A DNA stretch of 64,000 nt, from contig NIVC01001704.1 in NCBI GenBank assembly GCA_002269645.1, forward strand, positions 1 through 64,000. Direction: 5' to 3'. The DNA comes from Macrostomum lignano. Its lineage: Eukaryota. Within the stretch, counting starts at the first letter, position 1. Every line of letters begins with the position of its first letter. The notes beneath the pieces were generated by a model. The model saw only the letters and a program-made list of their open reading frames with translations. It was not told the origin of the DNA and ran no database searches. Shown here piece by piece: positions 57,395 to 64,000 of the stretch. Position numbers and translations under genes: made by a program.

Positions 57395-58333
57395 TCAGTC
57401 GCACACGCGGGCCAGTCCTGCCAGCTGCTCAGCGCTCAGCTTCCCCTGAGCGATGCCGAAGCAGACGATGGTCCCCGACAGACAGCCATCGTCGCTGTAA
57501 GACGAGTAGCCCAGCCGGATCACCGAGTCCACGGCTTGTCCGCGGAATGTCGAGCTGACGAAGTCGTAAACCCGGCCATTCAGAAAAGCGAAGGCGCCTG
57601 TGACGTTGCTGGCGGCCACGCCTAGGAAGAAGCCGCTGGGATCGGCGTCCGTCTGCCTGAACTTCGAGGTCGAGGTAAACTGCTTTCCCAGGTGCGAGTA
57701 CCTGAAGATCAAGTCTTCGTTGGTCTCGTAAATATCCAGCTCATAGTTGATCTTCACATACACTGTCTTGGCCTTGTAGGGCCGTCGCACCTTCATGAAG
57801 AAGCTCACTGCTCTCTCTCCTTTGCGATCGATGAGCGCCGTGAGACCTCCCGGGATGCTCAGCTTCAGGTATGACGTCATCCTCCCAGCAAAGTGCAGTC
57901 CACTCGAGTCTCTCGTCACGTCGAAGGCCTCGGAGCTGATGCTCGCGCTGCCCGCCGCCTTCTCGAGCGACTCCCTGAAGTCGAAGAAGGCGAGGAGCTG
58001 CAGCAGGACGGGGGCCAGCGTGAGGCTGCTGCACTGACCGAGTTCTTCCGAGGTCGACCAAAGCGACAGCTGTGAGAAGTCGGCAGCCAGAGAGCAGACG
58101 GAGTCTTTGAAGTGAGCCGCCTTGCACTTCGGCAGCCGCAGCGTGCACACTCGGATGCACTGGAGCTGGCTGGGCAGCTGCAGGAGCTCCGCTGCTGTCG
58201 GGTCCGCAGTGGGAGGGCACAGCTGAGTCCACTGCCACCGCCACCGACTGGCGCAAGCGGGGTTCGAACCCCCGACCTGCTGCAGGGACAGGACCAGCAG
58301 GTTAAAAATGAACAGCACCAGCATGGTTGCCAT
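57395..58333 (-). CDS. Secreted PAN/LamG-like protein, copy 2 (312 aa)
   Basis: Paralogue of 47824-48777. Confidence 0.7.
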   Translation of the reverse strand: MATMLVLFIFNLLVLSLQQVGGSNPACASRWRWQWTQLCPPTADPTAAELLQLPSQLQCIRVCTLRLPKCKAAHFKDSVCSLAADFSQLSLWSTSEELGQCSSLTLAPVLLQLLAFFDFRESLEKAAGSASISSEAFDVTRDSSGLHFAGRMTSYLKLSIPGGLTALIDRKGERAVSFFMKVRRPYKAKTVYVKINYELDIYETNEDLIFRYSHLGKQFTSTSKFRQTDADPSGFFLGVAASNVTGAFAFLNGRVYDFVSSTFRGQAVDSVIRLGYSSYSDDGCLSGTIVCFGIAQGKLSAEQLAGLARVCD

Positions 58334-60906
58334 GTTATCGTGAATTGAATCTGTCTGAACTCGGATTCGGAGAAGAAAAGTTGTTGAAGAGAATAGTTGC
58401 TATATGCTGTTTTTTAACTCTTTTCCAGGGTGTGATAGAATTGTTGGTCTCTGATTGGCTGCTTCTCCGGTGGGTAGTTATTTTCTCATAACAGTCACGG
58501 CCAGTCTCTTTATTCTACCGGTATACGCTATACATGTTTGAGCATAAAGTTGATTTGCTGCGAATCAATACTACATGTCTTCTCTAATACCTGGTGTAAG
58601 CTTCCTTCGTGTCAGTTAAATTTTGTATTTATACACGTAGGTACTGTTACTGTAGATAATTTTCATACTCATAATTTATTCACTTCCGTTGCACGAATGT
58701 ATTCCGACAGTGGCACAGGCGATCGCTTTTTGGTGAAAGCCCGGAGGACCTAGCTGATTTTCACCTAAATACAGGCCACTCCAAAGAACTTAAAAAGTGT
58801 ATTAAATTCGTGAATAAAGATGAGCGCGCTCGCATGACCAATTCATCTGCGATCTCGGCAACCAAGGTTGTCATCGCGGCAAGGACCACAAAGCTCTGAG
58901 CTTCAAACAAGCCGTAGCAGAAGCAGAGGCACATATTCAAGCCTGCCTAAGAGTCAAATAATGAAGTCGGCACCCAAGACGGAAAGTGGTTCAGTTCTGA
59001 AGGTGGAGCTTTTAAACACCCAAGTACTTCCAACTAAGAATCCAGTCAGACATCAACTACAGAGACTACTTCTCGGGAGTCGCACCAACACGATGCCAGT
59101 TGCAAAATCTCGCAGGTAAAGTCGCTAGCTGCTAGTCGCTAGCTGCTACACTAGCTGCTACATGTAGATTTCTTATTTGAGTTTCACATCTGGATCAGTA
59201 TTTGCTTCAAATAAAGAAGCCAAACATGGTTTAGATAGAGAAAACTGAATCTAACGTAACATGGATGTCAACTGCAGTATTCAGATCACATTCTACACAA
59301 AGTAAATTTAGAGTAAAGAGACTGACAAATGCCTGCCTGGAGAAAAGGTTAATATCCTATATAATTTTTACAGGAAGTAAAATGACTAGTCTAAATTTAA
59401 GAAAGCGCTGCAAAGTTTGCATGTTTATAGTTTGTTTGATTTTATTTCGCGAAAGCGAGACTTTGCAGGAACTTGAGGTGGGGGCGGAGAAAAGAAAAAT
59501 ATGGAAGTGGTCGGTTGATGATATCAATGAGGTGGGGCGGTTTTAAACTTTGAATTTCCGCAGGCGTTGAGTTCGCACGAATAATTCCAGAATGTCGCGC
59601 AGACAAATCTCAACGAAATTTCTCCTGTTTTCGGGGTCCTCAATTCCGGGGGAGGGTAGTGTAGTCGTTGTCGTAGTCGAGCGGTCGTTTAGCAGCAGGC
59701 ACGGTCGTTCAACTGGTGGCACTGAAGTTTTGGCACCGAAAAATAATGTGCGTCGATTTGCTTGACTGATTACTTTCAGTAGGGTAGAGCTGCCACCACC
59801 ATACATGTAATTTTTTACGTATTACGGAACGTTGAAGTCTCAGAGCTTTCTTTGAGATGAGAACTTTCGTTGTTTTACACCCCACGGGCGCAAATAACTC
59901 AATATAGGCTACGGCTTTATTTGATCAACGAATAAATATTGATAATGGCTTAGTTATCGTTATTATTAGTTACTTGAGATGGATTAAATACAGCCGGGGT
60001 TTACTTAATAAATTAGTTATTATTACGACTGAGACTTGATTCGGGGCGCCGAGGCACTAAACAGCAAAATAAACTAAATCGAAACTAAATTAAGGGTTAG
60101 CCGCAAGTAGTAGCAAAAGAAGATAAAAGTAAACGGAATGAAACTAAGTAGGTCACAAAGGTAACCAAACGGAAAGGATTACGCAAGGAGAAAGAAAACA
60201 AAGGAGAAAACACAAGCATGAAACGAGCAGGCGAAAAATGAGGGGTTAAATAATGCTCAAAGAACAGTCCAAACAGAAGAGCATGCGTTGGACAGGGGAC
60301 TGGACACACAAGAACAAAGAATAGACAACATGGTAAGGACACCGGAAAGGAGCGCAAAAAATAACAAATTCCAGGAGGGGGGCGTTACGGGCCAGAAAGA
60401 GGAAAAACGAGACCAACGCGGGGCATGCAATTTGGGGCCAGGCAACGGAAAATTATGACGAAGCTAGCCCGACAATGGGCAAAAATAAAAATATAGAAGA
60501 GCTCTGAAGTTGAGGCTGAAAGCAAGTCAAGTGGTTGTTATAACTAATCGGCAAGAGAGAAAAGATGAATCGTATCCTTCATTCTTGAACAAGGCGCTTG
60601 ATCTTGCAAACTGCTATTCCAGGTTTTAGATTGGGTTCTCCTTGAACGAACCCTCCGGGCCAAGGCCGCCACTGTCTGGGATGGTCTGGCTGGCTCAAGG
60701 CCCTGACACAGTTCTGGCCCAGATCTGTGCAAAAAGCATTTTGGGTTCCAAATAATCTGGAATCCAGAAAGCCTAGACTAGACTTCAGGCAAGTTGTAAG
60801 GGCATGGTTCTGTCAGTAATTCAAATCTCTATTAGGCTTCTCAAAGTTCCGATTCCAGAACTAGGAATGGATCGAAGCCTTGCATTTGGCTTGGTCCAGA
60901 TCTGAA

Positions 60907-61275
60907 ACTGTGTGCTCTGTTCTGGAACTGTGTGCTCTGTTCTGGAACTGTGTGCTCTGTTCTGGAACTGTGTGCTCTGTTCTGGAACTGTGTGCTCTGT
61001 TCTGGAACTGTGTGCTCTGTTCTGGAACTGCTGCTCTGTTCTGGAACTGTGTGCTCTGTTCTGGAACTGTGTGCTCTGTTCTGGAACTGTGTGCTCTGTT
61101 CTGGAACTGTGTGCTCTGTTCTGGAACTGTGTGCTCTGTTCTGGAACTGTGTGCTCTGTTCTGGAACTGTGTGCTCTGTTCTGGAACTGTGTGCTCTGTT
61201 CTGGAACTGTGTGCTCTGTTCTGGAACTGTGTGCTCTGTTCTGGAACTGTGTGCTCTGTTCTGGAACTGTGCTCT
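60907..61275. repeat. 20-bp minisatellite, copy 3
   Basis: Same unit as at 40187. Confidence 0.97.
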
Positions 61276-62089
61276 GTCAAGACTTGCTTAGGAATTTTTC
61301 AAAAGGCCTCGGAACAAGCGACAACACTTCGATCGATTGAAATCAGCCTTCAAGCCTGGCATGCAGATGCAGGCCTGTTTCTCAAGCACACGGAGTCAGA
61401 GGTAGAAGGCATCGGTCTACGAGCGTAGGTTCAATTTTACCCTCTGCGTTTACTTTTCCATTCGTTTACTGACAGACTAACCAGCAGCCGCTGCCTCCCT
61501 TGCCAACCAGCGATTGGAAATCAAGTAGGCCGAACAGGGGCTCGCACTAACCATACGGAAGTTCGGCCATTTCATTTTCGCCAAGACACGGAAGCCTCAT
61601 CCGGCAGCGGGACAGGCGAGAGATGGGCGGCAGTGGATTGACTAGCGGAGTTCGCGCGGCTATTCAATCGCAAAAGAAAGATTTAGGGAGAGAGAGGGGG
61701 GGGGCGCACGGAGGAGATGCAAAGATAACTTTTCAGGGAGCTAAATTTGGACGAGTGAAAGTACTGCAGCCGTCGCGCCGAAGGGGAGGGCAGTTTCCAG
61801 TTTCCAGTGTTTCCGAGACTCGATGGGGCAGTTAGGAATTCGGACAGCGGGGCTGGGGGCACTAGAGAGGCAGGGAGGTTGCCGAAGCCTCTGCCGAGGC
61901 GGCAAGTGCTTTCCCGAATTCCGAATTCTGCGCCCGGCCGGCCGCCCCCAGTTAAGCCTTCAGACAGCCGGTCAGCGAGGGCCACTCGGCCAGAACCCAT
62001 AAAAGACGGCCAAAGATCAGCAGAGCCGGACACAGACCAGAGGCATTCAGAGCTACTATGCGAGTGCACTTTGACTCGACGAACCCTGG

Positions 62090-62590
62090 ATGCCCGCGAT
62101 CGAAACTTCTGCCGGCTCGCCACAGCCGCAGTCGACCACGCCGCAGCCGCAGCCTCTGCAGCTTCAGCTGCACCAGATGCCGAAGACTTCCAGCGCGCTG
62201 GCTGTCGGGGCCGGGTGGCCAGTTTGGGCGGCGCACCTGCTTGTTGTGGTCGCCTGCTTCGCCCTGCTGTGCGTCAGCTTCGCAGCCTACCATCGAAAGC
62301 AGCTGCGGGTGGCTGCGGCCAAGCGGCACCGGCTAGCGATGCGCGGCCGGCCGAAACTGCGTATGATGTCCAGCGTGTCCGGCTGCGCGACCTTCGGCTC
62401 CGACGGCAACGGAGGCCACCCGAACGCCTGCGGCTGTCCGCTGCGGCTCAGCGCCGACATGGGCGTCCCGTTTGGCGGCTCGCTCGGTGGCGCCGGCTTC
62501 GCGGCGGACTCCGGCAAGCGCAAGGGTGGCGGCATGCTGATGTTCGACTTCCGCCGGCAGTCGGGCAGGGGCGGCCCGAGCGCGATGTGA
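62090..62590 (+). CDS. Putative single-pass membrane protein, copy 3
   Basis: Translation identical to copy 2. Confidence 0.55.
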   Translation: MPAIETSAGSPQPQSTTPQPQPLQLQLHQMPKTSSALAVGAGWPVWAAHLLVVVACFALLCVSFAAYHRKQLRVAAAKRHRLAMRGRPKLRMMSSVSGCATFGSDGNGGHPNACGCPLRLSADMGVPFGGSLGGAGFAADSGKRKGGGMLMFDFRRQSGRGGPSAM

Positions 62591-62737
62591 CGGGCGTGAC
62601 TGCGCCGGAAGCCTCTGGCCACATTGTCCCATTGTAATTCCTCACTATAAATTCTGCCTTTAATGCTCTGCTATGCAGCTTGAAGTCTCGTTTGTTTCAA
62701 TTCAGTGAACAGCGTTGAATTGCGTGCTTTATTTGCG

Positions 62738-62979
<242 letters not shown>

Positions 62980-64000
62980 GTTCCTCTGGATAAAAGCGCT
63001 TACCGCGCCCATTGGCTTTCCAGCTGCCTTAATCGTTTCCGGTGATCTTGTGTGCGTGCTTTCAGCTTGATTGGCTGCGGCAAGTCATCATCATCACAAT
63101 ATACTAAATCTCTAATCACAATATACTAAATCTCTAAGGTTTGTCTGTCTGTCTGACCGGTATTCCATAAATCTCTAAGGTTTGTCTGTCTGTCTGACCG
63201 GTATTCCAGTCTACAGCCTGAATGCCTGAACCGATTTTTTTCAAACTTGCTTTATTCAATTGCAAATTCTTGTGAGATTGTGTGGATCTAATTGCATTGA
63301 AAAATTCGAATGAGAAGTTGGTTAAATATTCGAAAAACGAGTTTTCCCAATGCTTTCAATGGGCGGCTAGAAAAGGTCAAAATCTCACTAACTGAATTTC
63401 AATTCCATTAAGATTGCGCCACAACTTTTCTCTGTTCACTGTGTACGCCTCAATACTGGCTGCAATAAGGGAGAGGAAAATAATGCTCAGTGGCGGCGTG
63501 TGTACATTTTTCTCTGGCAGACTGCATAGACAGTTGCTATTTATAGATTTCACTCAACTGTGCATTGGCTCTGCCTGCATACAACCTGTGCACACTGAGC
63601 AGCCTATCACTGCTATGTATTTGACTGCAGTGCCGAAGCATATATGGCTGATTTTTGCGCCCTCCGATGTTAATGTTGATGCTGATGCTGATGCTGATGC
63701 TGATGCTGATGCTGATGTTAATAAAAGTTTTAGACGGCAAAGTGGATAACTGCTGCTAAGAGTATTACTGCAGCCTGTTTTGCGGGATTAAAAGGGATAG
63801 CTAATTTCAGGTTGTTGTGGGGATAACTGCCGATTTCTGGGGGGAGGCTGAGAAAGGTTAACTTCGAACTGCTGGAGTTGGTGAACTTTTTGAATAGTAT
63901 AAGGATTTTTTGACCATCTGTCAATAGGCAGCCTAGCTATGCCTGTTACTATAGAAGGCAATAACAGGCATAGGCTAAGCAGAAAGTCGGCAGTTCGAGT

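Overview
Eukaryotic (animal-like) DNA that is almost entirely a nest of mobile elements. (1) 1-16310 is a largely intact Polinton/Maverick (adintovirus-like element, 'A'). It carries the full core set: pPolB, FtsK-like packaging ATPase, minor and major jelly-roll capsids, rve integrase, adenain protease, spliced PLA2 and basic core proteins. It also carries unusual cargo: a divergent TATA-binding-protein-like ORF, a deoxynucleoside kinase and a dUTPase. A TATAAG motif lies 45-49 nt upstream of several of its genes. (2) Its right end (...ACTACT, 16310) sits inside the major capsid gene of a second, inverted Polinton ('B'), which is also hit by a solo LTR and a defective Ty3/Gypsy element with TA...TA LTR termini. 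(3) 27-37 kb holds a diverged duplicated block, the 3' ends of a Gypsy-type family carrying a tandem-RING gene, LTRs nested three deep, and a third Polinton ATPase remnant. (4) 40-64 kb is a ~9.55-kb tandem segmental array with satellites, a single-pass membrane ORF, secreted PAN/LamG-like paralogues, an internally deleted piggyBac and a Mutator-like MITE. All family calls come from motif recognition by eye. No database search was run, so novelty is unverified.
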